A DNA stretch of 64,000 nt from contig NC_082722.1 in NCBI RefSeq assembly GCF_030144855.1, forward strand, positions 19,158,001-19,222,000. Reading direction: 5' to 3'. This document shows, in pieces, positions 26,201 through 38,814 of the stretch. Each line of letters opens with the position of its first letter. Position 1 is the stretch's first letter. The stretch comes from Hypanus sabinus (taxonomy: Eukaryota). Below the pieces are notes generated by a model, which saw only the letters and a program-made list of their open reading frames with translations, was not told where the DNA came from and searched no databases. Made by a program: the position numbers and the translations under genes.

Positions 26201-27300
26201 CTATTTTCTGTTGCTCTCTATCTTTGATTTAATTTTGTTCTCCCCTTCCTCGACGCTATCATTTCTTTTCCCAAATCACTGTCAAATTATTTTAAACGTT
26301 TTCTAAAAGCTCTATTAAATGTGTCTGCTACTGTGTTGGACGCCTTTGGGTTCAGGTGTAGTCCGTCCTCTTTGTACGGGTTATACTTCCCTAGAAGACT
26401 CCACAATAATCCAGAATTCATAAGCCCTGCCGCCTACACCGGTCTGTCCGCCACACATTAATACGCCTGATCATGCTATACTTGCACTCGCTAGCAAGTG
26501 GCACAGGTAGCAATACTGAGATTACTGCCCTGGAGGTACTGCCTTTCAGCTTCCTACCTAACTCACTGAATTACCTTTTGAGGGCCTCCTCTCTTTTTCT
26601 ACCTATGTCATTTGCACCAAAGTGTATCACAGCTTCTGGATGTTCACTCTCTGCCTTCGCAATACTCTGCATCCCGTACCCTGGCACATGGGAGGCAACA
26701 CACCATGCAGGTACCTCTATCAGGCTGACAGAGCCTCCTGTCTCTTCCCTCACTATGGAAACTACAATGATTACACCTTCATCTTTCCCTTCTGCACCAT
26801 GGAACCATGCATCGTGCCACAGACCCGATCGCCGTAGTCGTCCTCTGTCAAGTCGTCCCCTTCAACTGCTTCCAAAACGAAGTAACGATTTTCGAGGGGG
26901 ATCGTCACAGTGGCGCTCTCTGGTTTTTGAGCTCTTCCCTCCGCTTCCCTGACCATGCAGCCTCGGGGTGACCAACTCCCTGTAGCTCCTCTCTATCTCC
27001 AGTTCACTCTCCCTAATAAGCTGCAGGTAATCGAGCCGCAGCATCAGATCCCTAAGACGATCTGTCAGGAGCTGTATCTCGGTGCAACTGGCGTAAATGT
27101 TGCGTTCTGGGAGACTGGGAGATTCCCGGAATTCCCACATCTAACACTCAGAGCAAAATACTAAGCCTACCTACATGCACTCTATTCCTCTAAAACTGCA
27201 CAGAAAAAGTACAAAAAAAAGAGTCCACCTATTCGCCGAAGCCCGCTTTCGCAGAAGCCAGAAAGAGCCATAGCTTGTCGCTTCTACTCTCGCCACTGAC
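23300..27300 (-). mobile_element. Degenerate CR1-type LINE(s) with ORF1 and ORF2 relics
   Basis: RT relic KFADDTK (24153-24395), ORF2 relics 24665-25564, ORF1 esterase-like VIHFGANDIGRK (26571-26753) and a CTEIQLL segment (26862-27140). Probably a composite; ends are approximate. Confidence 0.85.
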
Positions 27301-28249
27301 CTCCTCCGGACAATGGCCTCTCCGCTTAACAAGTCTGCACTTTTACTTAGTTCGTCGAGCTCATTTGCCGCCGCTGATAGGCCCCGCACAATGGACGAAA
27401 AACCGCGAAGCTCTCGTTTTAAATAAGTGAGATATCAGTACTGTCTTTAAGCAAGGATTTGCTACCGGAGCACTCAAAAGTGGCCAATGCGCATTCATTT
27501 AAGAATGCCCTCAAGTACAGGTGGCAAGCTAAATATCGGTGTTGGGAAAGATAGTGGAATGAAGGGCAGAATCTATCACAATTTGGAAAGTCGACGAGTA
27601 TAAATGTGACTGTAAGCATGGACTGCTCATGGGGATTCCTCTCTCACAAACTTGAATCAGTTGTTTTGAAGGGCTATGCAGAAATTTGCTGAGGGCAGGA
27701 CAGTGGACTATATCTTAATTGAATTTTGCACGGTCCCGTGTAACAGTCTAGTATAGAATGCTGGGCAACACGGGAGTCAGAGTGAGCCAGCCAACTGAAC
27801 ACAAGCACACAAAATTGTTCTCATAGAAGAATCAGACGGTGATAGTGGAGATTTGATACCAAGAGTAAAGACTTACAACTAGTGATGTACTGAAGAGGTA
27901 GGCCCTGGTTCCAGTATTGTTTGACATCCCTGAAATAGTTAGTTAATATTATTTTTAAGTTGTAATAATTCTCAGGATGCAGCGGAATTAATGACATTCC
28001 AGAGAGTGAAAACTAACTAAGACGAGGAACTGGGAACGTAGGCCCAGCAATTGCAGACAGAGTTTAACTCGGGTATTTGCAAAGTGCTACATTTTGGTTA
28101 GTTAAACTGGGGCAGGAATTGCGCAATAGATTGCCCTGTGCGTTGAAGTAGAACACGATGACTGAGAAGTACAGGCACGTTGATCAGTAAAATTGTCGAC
28201 AGAGGGGGACAGGCTGCTAAAGAAGTTGTTTGTCACCATTGAATCAACA

Positions 28250-29050
28250 TTCGGAATCAGAAACAGGTTTATTATCACCGGCATGTGTCGTGAAGTTTGT
28301 GAACTTAACAGCAACAGTTCAATGCAATACATAATGTAGAAATGAAAAAACAAATAAATAAATACAAAATTAAATAGCTAAAAATCTACGAGAGTATACG
28401 TATATTAAATGGATTAAAAACGCCCAAAAACAGGAATAACATATATTTTAAAAGGGGTAGTTTTCACGGGTTCAATGTCCATTTAGGAAAACGATCGCAG
28501 ATGGGAAGAAGCTGTTCCTGAATTGCTGACTGTGCGCCTTCAGGCTTCTGTACCTCCTACTTACTGGTAACAGTGAGAAAATGGCAGGTCCTGGGTGCTG
28601 CATGTCCTTAATACTGGACGCTGCTTTCTAAGACACCACCCCTCAAATATGTCCTGAGCACTTTGTAGGTTTGTACCTAAGATTGATAAGACAATCTTCA
28701 GCTTCTTTCGGGCCTGAGCATTAGCTTCCCCTCCTCTCCCTCCCATACCAGACACTGACGCAGCCTGTCAGAATGCTCTCCAAAGCACACCTGTAGAAAT
28801 TTTTGAGTGTATTTGTTTCCATACCACATCTGTTAGAACAAGCAACGAGGTATAGTCGCTGCCTTGCCTTCTTCACAGCTGCATCAATATATTGGGTCGA
28901 GGTTATAAATCAGAGTGCTTAACAGCCAGGGGCTTGAAACTGATCATTATCTCCACTTCTGATCCCTCCATGACAATTGGTGTGTCTTACCCTTCCTGAA
29001 GTTCACAAGCGTCTCTTTCGTCTTACAGACGTTGAGTGCAATTTGTGGCA
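28250..29050 (-). mobile_element. Rex1/Babar-like LINE 3' fragment
   Basis: Minus frame reads KETLVNFRK and TLKNFYRCALESILTGCVSVWYG, with the tail aataaacctg..tctgattc. Confidence 0.7.
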
Positions 29051-29139
29051 ATGAGTACAGGATCTGGGACGTCTTGATCAATTGTGCAATTCGTTGGAGG
29101 AACAGTATGTTGTGCATTCGTTGGTTAAAATTATGCTGT

Positions 29140-29335
29140 TGTGGCGGTACGCACACACGGGGCGCGAACCGCCACAGGGAGCTGCAGGCACGGTTTGACG
29201 TCAAGTCCACCCACTGGTCGCAGGGACCAATGGGAGGGGGGATATAAGCGCGCGAATTTGAATCAGTAAAGCCTTTCCAGTTCAGCTCTCTCAGCCTCCG
29301 TGTGTTCCTTTCGTAGCGCTTTGCGCGCCAGTACA
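29140..29335 (+). repeat. 5' LTR (196 bp)
   Basis: Its 3' part is directly repeated at 32685-32814 and it has TG...CA ends. Confidence 0.9.
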
Positions 29336-29352
29336 TCGGTGACCCCAACGTT
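29336..29352 (+). promoter_or_regulatory. Primer-binding site, probably tRNA-Trp
   Basis: tcggtgaccccaacgtt directly after the LTR resembles TGGTGACCCCGACGTG, the complement of the tRNA-Trp 3' end as recalled. Confidence 0.65.
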
Positions 29353-32300
29353 CCAGACGGCATCTGGAACCACCGACTCTGAAAACAGCCATGAAACCGA
29401 GCAATTCGCACAGTGCGGTCGCTCTGAAGATACCGACTTTCACGGCCACTCAGCCCCACGTTTGGTTCGAGCAAGCTGAAGCCCAGTTCAATATCAGAGA
29501 CATTACAGCCGACGCCACGCGGTATTACTACGTGGTCAGCGCGCTAGACCAGGTAACATCAGGCCGCTTCATACGCCAGCCACCAACGGAGGACAGGTAC
29601 ACTAAGCTTAAGGCGCTCCTGATCCGTACATTCTGACTCTCCCGCCGCGAACGGGCCGCGCGGCTCCTACACCTGGACGGCCCGGGCGAACGCACGCCAT
29701 CCGAGCTTATGAATGATATACTGGCGCTCATGGACGGCCATAAGCCGTGCTTCCTATTCGAACAGTTGTTCCTTCAGCAAGTGCCAGAGGACATCCGCAT
29801 TCTCCTAGCGAGTGAGGATTTCAGCGACCCGCGCGTGGTCGTGGATGAAACTGACGTCCTTTGGCACAGCAAGCAACGTGGGGCCTAGCCACAGTCGCGC
29901 GCCCAAAGCACCGGCCCCCAACCGAAGCCGCCGAGGCCCACGGGGAGAAAAGAGGGAAGTTCGGAACAATGGTGTTTCATTTACCAAAGATGGGGCTCAG
30001 GCGCGCGCCGCTGCCGTCAACCAGGTGCTTTTCAGGAAAATGCCGGAGCCAGCCGTCGCTAATAGCTACAGCGACTGGCCACAAAGACAGCCTCCTGTAC
30101 CTCTGGGACCGACACTCCAGGCGGAGCTTCCTGGCAGACACCGGGGCCGAAGTCATCGCATTACCCCCCTCGAATATCGACATTTGTAACGCGGTCCCAG
30201 TCCCCGAACTCACCGCCGCAAATGGTAGCAGTATTCGGACGTTCGGCCTACGAACTATCGCACTCTATTTCAGGTCCAGCCGTTTGGGCTGCATTCTTGA
30301 GACCGAAAGGCATTCTCAGGAATTCGAACAACCCGAACGGGGTGATGAGGGCTGTCTTGGGCACGTCGTCGGGCTGCACTGGAATCTGATGGTATCCCCT
30401 GACTAGGTCGATTTTGGAGAAGATTGTCGCTCCGTGCAGGTTCACCGAGAAGTCCTGGATGTGTGGTACCGGGTATCTGTCGGCGGTTGTGGCGTCATTG
30501 AGCCTTCTGTAGTCTCCGCAGGGCCTCCATTCTCCTGCGGACTTGGGCACCGGACTTTCAAGTTGGCAGCGATGTCACAGCCACTACTAGGGGCAGACTT
30601 CCTACGAGCCAACTGCCTCTTGTCGACTTGAAAGGCTGGCGTTTGGTCCACGCCGAAACGTTCCAGACTTTCCAGCTCGGAGAAGCCAAGCTGCTGGCCT
30701 TCCACATGGATTCCGTGACCCTCTCGGGTAATGAATTCGCCAGGGTGTTGGCGGGATTCCCCTCCATAGTCACCCCGCAGTTCTCCACGGCCGACCCCAA
30801 GCACGGCGTGCAGCACCACATCCCCACGCAAAGACCGCCGATGCACGCCCGAGCTCGCAGGCTCCCACCCGACAAGCTCCATCTCGCCAAGGAGGAGTTC
30901 AATAAGATGGAAGGACTGGGGATCATACGCCGCTAAGGCATCTCGTGGGCATCCCCGCTGCATAAGGTGCCCAAGTCCGCAGGAGAATGGAGGCCCTGCG
31001 AAGACTTCAGAAGGCTCAATGACGCCACGACCGCCGACAGATACCCGGGACCCCACATCCAGAACTTCTCGGCTAACCTTCACGGAGCGACCATCTTCTC
31101 CATAATCGAACTGGTCAGGGGATACCATTAAATCCCAGTGCAGCCCGACGACCTGCCCAAGACAGCCCTCATCACCCCGTTCGGCTTGTTCGAATTCCGG
31201 AGGATGCCTTTCGGTCTCAAGAATGCAGCCCGAAATTTCCAAAGGATCATGGACTCTGTGGGACGCGGCCTGGATTTCGTTCCCATTTACTTGGACGATA
31301 TCCTGGTGGCCAGCAGTTCTCACTAAGAGCACGTGGCACATTTGCGCCGACTCTGCTGAAGCCTGAGCGACCACGGACTGGCAATCAAACTGGCGCAGTG
31401 CCAGTTCAGGCTAACGGAGATCGACTTCTTAGGCCACAGAGTGAACTGACATGACACAGTTCCCCTAACGGACAAGGTCTAGGCCATCCGCCAGCTACCC
31501 AAGCCCAGCACGGTCAAGGGCCTGCAGGAGTTCCTAGGGATGGTCAACTTTTATCATCGGTTCGTACCAGCGACGGCCCGCATCATGAGACCTCTGCTCC
31601 ACCTGATGGCCGGCAAGGCCAAAGAAGTGGCATGGGACACGGAGTCCACAGAAGCGTTCGAGCAGACCAAGGAGGCGCTGGAGAAGGCCAGCGAAGGCGA
31701 AGGCGCCTTCCTAGTGCACCCGAGAGTCGATACACCCACGGCACTCACAGTCATCGCTTCCGACACTGCAGTTGGCGGAGTACTGGAGCAGTTCCTCGAG
31801 GACCAGTGGCGACCACTCGCGTTCTTCAGCCGGCACCTACGGCCACCAGAGCTGATGTACAGCGTCTTCGACAGAGAGTTGCTAGCGATCTACCTGGATA
31901 TCCGGCATTTCAGGTACTTCCTCGATGGAAGGGAGTTCACCGTGTATACGCACCACAAGCCCCTCACCTTCGCACTGGCCAAGGAATCGGACCCATGGTC
32001 GGCTCGGCAGCATAGTCACTTGTCCTTTATTTCAGAATTCACCATGGACGTCCGTCACATCACAAGGAAGAACAAGGTCGTCGCCGACACTCTGTCTCGC
32101 CCCTGTCTCCATTCAGTAGGAATATCGTCCTCAGGAATAGACTACGCAGCACTGGCAGAAGCACAACGGTCGGACCCCCAGATTCCGGCTTACCGCACCG
32201 CCGTGTCGGGTCTCCAGTTGGAGGACGTCTCCATCGGCCCGGCAGTGGATCGAATCCCGTGGGACGTGTCTACCGACAAGATCCAAACCGTGGTTCCAGC

Positions 32301-32684
32301 GGCATGGAGGCGCTGGGTGATTGACACGCTGCACGACCTGGCCCACCCATCCATCCGGGCGTCCATCAAGCTGGTAGCGGACAGATTCGTCTGGCACGGT
32401 TGGCGCAAGCACGTCGGACACTGGGCCAGGACCTACGTACACTGCAGACCGCCAAATGCTAGCGGCACGTGAAGGCTCCCCTCTAGCAGTTCCAGCCGAC
32501 GCAAAGGAGGTTCCAACACATCCACATGGACATCGCCGGCACCCTGCCAGTCTCCAGGGGCTCCAGGTATATCTTTACCATGGTAAACAGGTTTACCAGT
32601 TGGCCGGAAGCTAAACCGCTCGCCGACACGTCCACTGAGTCCTGCGCCAGGGCGTTCATTGCAAACTAGTTTATTGCAAAACGT

Positions 32685-32814
32685 CTGGTCGCAGGTCGCA
32701 GGGACCTATGGGAGGGGGGATTTCAGCGCGCGAGTTTGAATCAGTAAAGTCTCTCCGAGTTCAGCTCTCTCTGCCTCCGTGTGTTCCTTTCGTAGCGCTT
32801 TGCGCGCTACTACA
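32685..32814 (+). repeat. 3' LTR, 5'-truncated
   Basis: Matches only the last ~125 bp of the 5' LTR and directly follows truncated integrase sequence with no polypurine tract. Confidence 0.9.
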
Positions 32815-32924
32815 CTGTGCATTTTGATCGCCAACAATATAAAAGATGCGATGAAGCTTAAGATAGCGCAGAAAGATTGACAAGTCTGTCAGTTGGACAG
32901 CGTGCTTTTAACTGTAGGAAGAGA

Positions 32925-35900
32925 GACTTCCGGTAAGATGGCGATTGTGTGGTCGCTTCAAACTTTTGCTCCATTACATTTTTTACCTTCGCACTATGTA
33001 TCTCCCTTTTTAAACCTTATTTCATATTCTGTCAGTTTTTTTCTTATCTGCCTGTGAATACGTTTATCTTATAATGGCTACAAAAAAATCTAAACTCGGG
33101 AAAAAATAAAGTTCCACGTCTCTGTCTGCCGAGATTCTCTCTATCCTGGAACAGAATCGACAAGACAATCTAACTGATATCAAGAGTGAATTTACAGCCT
33201 CTATCAGTCAGCTGGAGTCAAAATTGGATCAGATTAACGCCAGAGTGGATGATCAAGCCGAACATTTATCTCGCATCGACCTAACCTCTGAAGATTTAAA
33301 ACGCCGCGTTCAGCATCTGGAAACTCTCTGTTCCAACTTAACGGAGCAAAACGGCAAACTTACTTCCAAAATGGCGGATCTCGAAAATCGGAGCAGGTGC
33401 TGTAATCTGTGAATTCTTGGTTTGCCAGAGGCCACTGAAACGGGTTCTTCCGTTGAATTTTTCTCTGCTTTTTCTCTGTGAGATTTTCGGGAAATAATTT
33501 CTCCCGACTCCACCTGAGCTAGAGTCTAAGTCCCTCGAGCTGTTTTGGGTTCCAGAGCACAGCCAGTTATCCTGTATCAGGTGAAAAGCCGTTTGATTAT
33601 GGATGTACGCCGAAGAGGCACTCTGACTTTCCAAAATACTACCATTCGTATCGTGGAAGACTATGCTTCCCAAGTTCTGAAGAAGCGTGCCGAGTTCAAA
33701 GGCGTTATGAAAGAGCTCTTTAATCGTGGATTCAAACCTTCCCTTCGCAATCCTGCTGATTTTCGAAGTACGCTTACTACTGGAGAATATAAGTGCTTTT
33801 TGTTAGTTAGGGAGGCTGAGTTGTTTGTTGGAATTCTTCCAGCCACCTTGACTTCTTTGGACCCGGTTTGACTTTCTAAAATTGCTGATAAGTATTTCTT
33901 GAATTAAGGTCTTTTTTGCGAACTCAGATTCTATTTGAATAATTTAGTCCTTAACGACTGAGAACCTAAGGGTTTTAGTTGGTCTCTCCTTGGACTTGGT
34001 GTGATTTTCCTAAATAGATGATATAAATTAAATGTTTCCCTGTGGAATTAGATTTCATTTGTGTAATTTAGTTTACTTTTGAATAACTTTAACTGTAGAG
34101 AACTACAAATGGTCTTAATTTATTTGGGAGGCTTAGAGTTTTTTATTGAAGGTCTCCCTGTCAATTTACTGTATAAGACCTGCCTCTTTTTTTTTAAACG
34201 GCTGATGTGTACTCTCTTTAAAAATAGAATTTCCCCCTTTTCCCCCCCTTTACCTTGTTTTCAATTTTTCATAATTTCTCACGGGTAGATTAGCTCTTGA
34301 TTATTATTTTGTATTAAGTTTTATATTCTTTCTGATGAAGTTGTTCTTATTTGTAATTTTGATTTGTAGTGCATAAATTAGTATTTGCTATATTATTTAC
34401 ACGGAGTATATGTTAACGTCACGGAACTGGAAGTTGGTTTTTGGGGTGTACTATGTTTTGTAGAGCTGGCTGTTTTTTTGGGTAGCCATCTAGTTTTGGG
34501 TTGCTTGGGTGGGCTGTTTTCTCCAGTACCAACGCTATCTATTGTTTTTTTTTGTTTTTCCTTGTTATTCAGGACACGTCTGTGCCCTAATTTTATTGAT
34601 TTATGTTTATATGTTTGCTTCCAAACTGTTATTGAAATGTTTGACGTTATATATGCCTACTACCGTTTACATTTTAACAATTGATAATGGTTAGTCCATT
34701 GTAATTTGTGAGATGGAATGTAAAGGGATTGAATCATCATGTTAAAAGAAGAAAGGTCTTCTCCCATATTAAGCAACTTAAAGCTGACATTGCCTTCCTC
34801 CAAGAAACTCATATTCGTAGTTTCGATAATTCTCGGCTTATGTCAAAGTCGGTGGGTCATCATTTCAATTCATCCTTCCCGGCCAAAGCTAGTGGAGTTT
34901 CCATTCTTATCAACTCAAATGTTTCTTTTGAATTCCATAGTAAGATATCTGACACAAATAGCCGTTTTATTACTGTTTCTGGCAAATTATATAATACTAA
35001 GCTAGTCCAGGCTAACCTGTATGCTTCCAAGTCTGACGATGTTAATTTTTTGAACGCTTTTTTTCCTCATTACCAGGTCTGCATCTATATTCTCTTTAAC
35101 TGCTGGTTAGACCCAACATTAACTGCTGGTTAGATCCAACTTTGGATCGATCGTCCCCTGTTACTAGATTACCTACTAAATCTGCTTTAGCTATTCTCCT
35201 CAGTTACTCTCAGTACTATCGGATTCGTTTAACTATGGTAAATTGCCATCCTCATTTAATGAGGCAACTATTATTACTTTATTCAAAAAGGGCAAAGATC
35301 CAACAGAGTGCTGCTCTTACAGGCCGATTTCTTTGCTTAATGTTGATGTTAAAATTTTTGCCAAAGTCTTGGCTCATAGATTAGAAACTATTCACCCCTC
35401 TATTATTTCTGATGATCAAACTGATCTGATTAAAAATCGTCTTCCCTTTTTTAATATACGGCGTTTATTCAATATTTTATACTCAACTTCAACTGGGACT
35501 CCTGTATGCGTTATCTCTCTCGATGTGGAGAAAGCATTTGATCATATAGAGTGGAAGTACCTCTTTGCGGGTTTAGAAACGTTTGACCTCGGTCAAAGTT
35601 TTATTTCTTGAATAAAATTGCTATTTTTATGTCCTACCGTCCCGGTTTTGACTAATTTTCAGCAAGCTCAGTTGTTTAACTTAAACGTGGCAGCCGTCAA
35701 GGATGCCCCTTAAGTTCCTTTCTTTTTGATTTGGCTGTAGAGCCTCTGGCGATTGCATTTCGAAGTTGTCCTGAATTGAAGGGGATCTGGAGTTGGGGGG
35801 CGGGGGCGGTGTTGAGCATAAAGTTTCTCTTTATGCTGATGATCTATTACTTTTTCTTTCAAATCCGTCCATAGCCTTACCTCCAATGTTTTCACTTCTT

Positions 35901-37858
35901 GATCAATTTAGCCAGTTCTGTGTCTATAAACTTAATTTACATAAGAGTGAACTTTTTCCAATTAATAAAGAAACACAAGTATTAGTATTTCGCGACCTCC
36001 CCTTTAAAGTAGTTGATAATCAATTTACCTATCTTGGTATTACAGTTACAAGGAATTTTAATGATCTTTTTCGTGACAATTTTGCCAATCTTTTGTACTC
36101 TACAAAACAGAATTTGTCGCAACAGTCAACTTTATCTAAGACTTCGGTAGGTCGTGTTAATGTTATTAAAATGTATGTTCTTCGTAAATTTTTATACTTA
36201 TTTCAATCTATTCCAATTTTTATTTTTAAAATCTTTTTTGATTCCTTAGTCTCTATAATTTTGTCTTATCTGTGGAAGAGTAAGCGTTCTAGAATTAACA
36301 AAACTTACCTTCAAAAATCTAAAATAGAGGGCGTCATGGCCTTACCTAATTTTCGTCTATACTACTGGGCAGCTAACATTCGTTGTCTTAACTTGTCGTC
36401 CTTTTTCCATAGCCAGTCTGACCGCCCTACACGGGTAAGAATGGAGCTGAATTCCACTAAGCATCTATCTATCTCTGCACTTCTTGGATCTGCACTCCCT
36501 AGTAGTTTGCCTAGACTAATTGTCAATCCTCTTGTTAGACATACTCTGCGAATTTGGGCCCAATTTAGGAAACTTTATGGTTTCTATGGTTTTTCCCTTT
36601 CTAGTCCTATTTTACATAATCATCTTTTGCTACCTTCTATGCATGATTCAACATTTTATAATTGGTATAAAAAGGGCATTAGGTTTTTTGAAGACCTTTT
36701 CATTGATAATCGCTTCGCATCTTTTCAACATCTCTCTGCGATGTTTAATCTACCTAATGCCAATTTCTTTAAATATCTCCAAATTAGACAATTCATTAAT
36801 CCTTTATTACCCAACTGCCCCGAAATGTCCGAGAAAAATGCTATGGACTTGTTTCTTTCTATTAATCCTTTGGGTAAAGGCTTAATATCTTTTATTCGTG
36901 ATAAATTTGTATCCTTATGGCGCGCCCCTTTGAATAAAATCAGAATGACTTGGGAGCATGACTTAACTATCCCTTTATCTGATGAGGTTTGGGACTCGAT
37001 TCTCAAGTCGGTTAACTCAACTTCTCTTTGTGCTCGCCACTGTCTTTTACAGTTTAAGATTCTTCATAGGGCTCATATGTCCAAATCTAAATTATCTCGA
37101 TTTTATCCTAATATTAGTCCTCTTCGTGATAAATGCAAAAATGGCTAGGCTTCTCTCCTTCATATGTATTGGACCTGTCCTAGTCTAGAGACATTTTGGA
37201 GAGATGCTTCCTTAACTTTAACTTGTATTCTGAATCGCCACTTAGAACCTAACCCTTTAATTGCTCTTTTTGGTTTCTTGGGTGAGACAGATATCCGTTT
37301 GAGTTTGACAAAACGTCGAATATTATCTTTTGCTTCTGTCCTGGCTAGACGTCTAATTCTTCTTAGATGGAGAGATGTTGCCCCACCGACGCACGCTCAA
37401 TGGCTTAACGATATTATGTCCTGTTTAGACCCTGAAAAAATTCATTACTCAATTCTTAATTCGGACATAAAGTTTCATAAGGTCTGGGGACCTTTTATTA
37501 AGTATTTTTATAACTTTCCTTTTGATTAAGTTTCTTTTTCAGTTTCTTGTTTCAGCTTTTTCTTGGTAGTAAGCATTATTATCTTCTGCTTTTAATTGTA
37601 TTTACAGTTTCCGGGGTTTGAATGTTCTGATTTATATTTTCTACATTTTGCTCTGGTTGGTCTGGAGTTCTTTTTTTGCGGGAGTGGGGGTGGAAACTAC
37701 CTTTACACGACTTCAATTTGGGTGCTTTTTCAATTATTATATTGTGTATTATATGACCATTGTATGTTTATCTTGCACTGTATTAATATCCAATTTCGTT
37801 CTTAGGGTTTTTTTGTGGTGTTGTAGAAAAAGCATAAAAAATCAATTAAAAATAAAGT
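32925..37858 (+). mobile_element. Near full-length degenerate L1-clade LINE
   Basis: 5' end gacttccggtaagatggcg. ORF1 relic 33074-33871 (coiled coil, ENRSR..NL), APE endonuclease (WNVKGLN, FLQETH), RT (YRPISLLN, LDVEKAFD, LYADD), C-terminal CDKC/HMYWTC and an A-rich tail. Candidate 6-bp TSD AAGAGA at 32919-32924 and 37859-37864. Confidence 0.93.
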
Positions 37859-38737
37859 AAGAGACAGGGGCTGTTCATCCCTAGAGCTCAGGTGGTTGCG
37901 TGGTGACTATTTATATGTAATGTCAGGAAGGGTAGGCAGGGGTATGGTCATTGTCTTTTACCCAGGATCAGTTAAATGAAAATAAGAATATATCGATTAC
38001 AGGCCAGAGAGAAAATATTTAAAAGAGATCTAGGGCAAGTTTTTTAACAAAATAGATTTGGTAACTGGAACAGAGAACCAGATGAATCTTTAGAACTGGG
38101 TGCGATTCCAATGTGTGAAGTACATTTGGATTGGTACATAGATAGAAAAGGTTATTGTGGGGAGATCCAAACGCAGGCAAATGGGAACATCTGGGTTTTC
38201 AATAGATCAATAGTTCCAATTTATTGTCAGAGAATGCATAGAATATACACCCTGAAATTCGTGGCCTTCACTGACATCGAATAAAACAGAAGAGCAACTC
38301 AAACAATGAATGACTGCAGAAACTTTAGAAATGGGGCTAGAAACGTTAGAAAACGTTGGAAGGTTCGGCGGAGCCTTCTCCTCCCCCTCTCACGAACAGG
38401 TACCATTCCCCACCCCCACTGTTGCTCCTCTCCCTGCAAGCAAACAATTGCAAAGACCCCGAGAGAGACGATGATTTGCAGGACGGAAAAACTAATCTCC
38501 ATTGCAATGAATTCAACATGCCCCACCCGCCCTCTCTCCCTAATAAAGGGACAGAGAGGTGTCACTACGCTCGAGAAGGGAACAGCAAAGCAAAAAACTG
38601 TTTGAGCTACGGTGCTAGTGTCTGCTGCGTCGCTCTTTTTCGAGATCTCCGACTCGATAGTGGCAGTAAACTCTTCCCCAGCAACGAGAGAAACTGTGTG
38701 TGTGTGTCTGTCTGTTCGCATGCGCGTACATGTGTCT

Positions 38738-38741
<4 letters not shown>

Positions 38742-38810
<69 letters not shown>
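38742..38810. repeat. (GA)n microsatellite, about 34 units
   Basis: Directly visible pure GA run. Confidence 0.98.

Positions 38811-38814
<4 letters not shown>

Larger units (their letters stand above)
29140..32814 (+). mobile_element. Degenerate Gypsy/Ty3 LTR retrotransposon
   Basis: 5' LTR 29140-29335 (TGT...ACA) and partial 3' LTR 32685-32814 with a 4-bp TSD CTGT (29136-29139 and 32815-32818). Gag-like ORF at 29391 (KIPTF...PHVWFEQAEAQF), protease FLADTGAE, RT YLDD near 31290, RNase H and integrase N-terminus in 31540-32472. Many stops and frameshifts. Confidence 0.95.

Noticed and set aside
30442-31374. 310-aa minus-strand ORF
   Set aside because: It is the antisense shadow of GC-rich Gypsy pol plus the inverted RT segment, not an independent gene.
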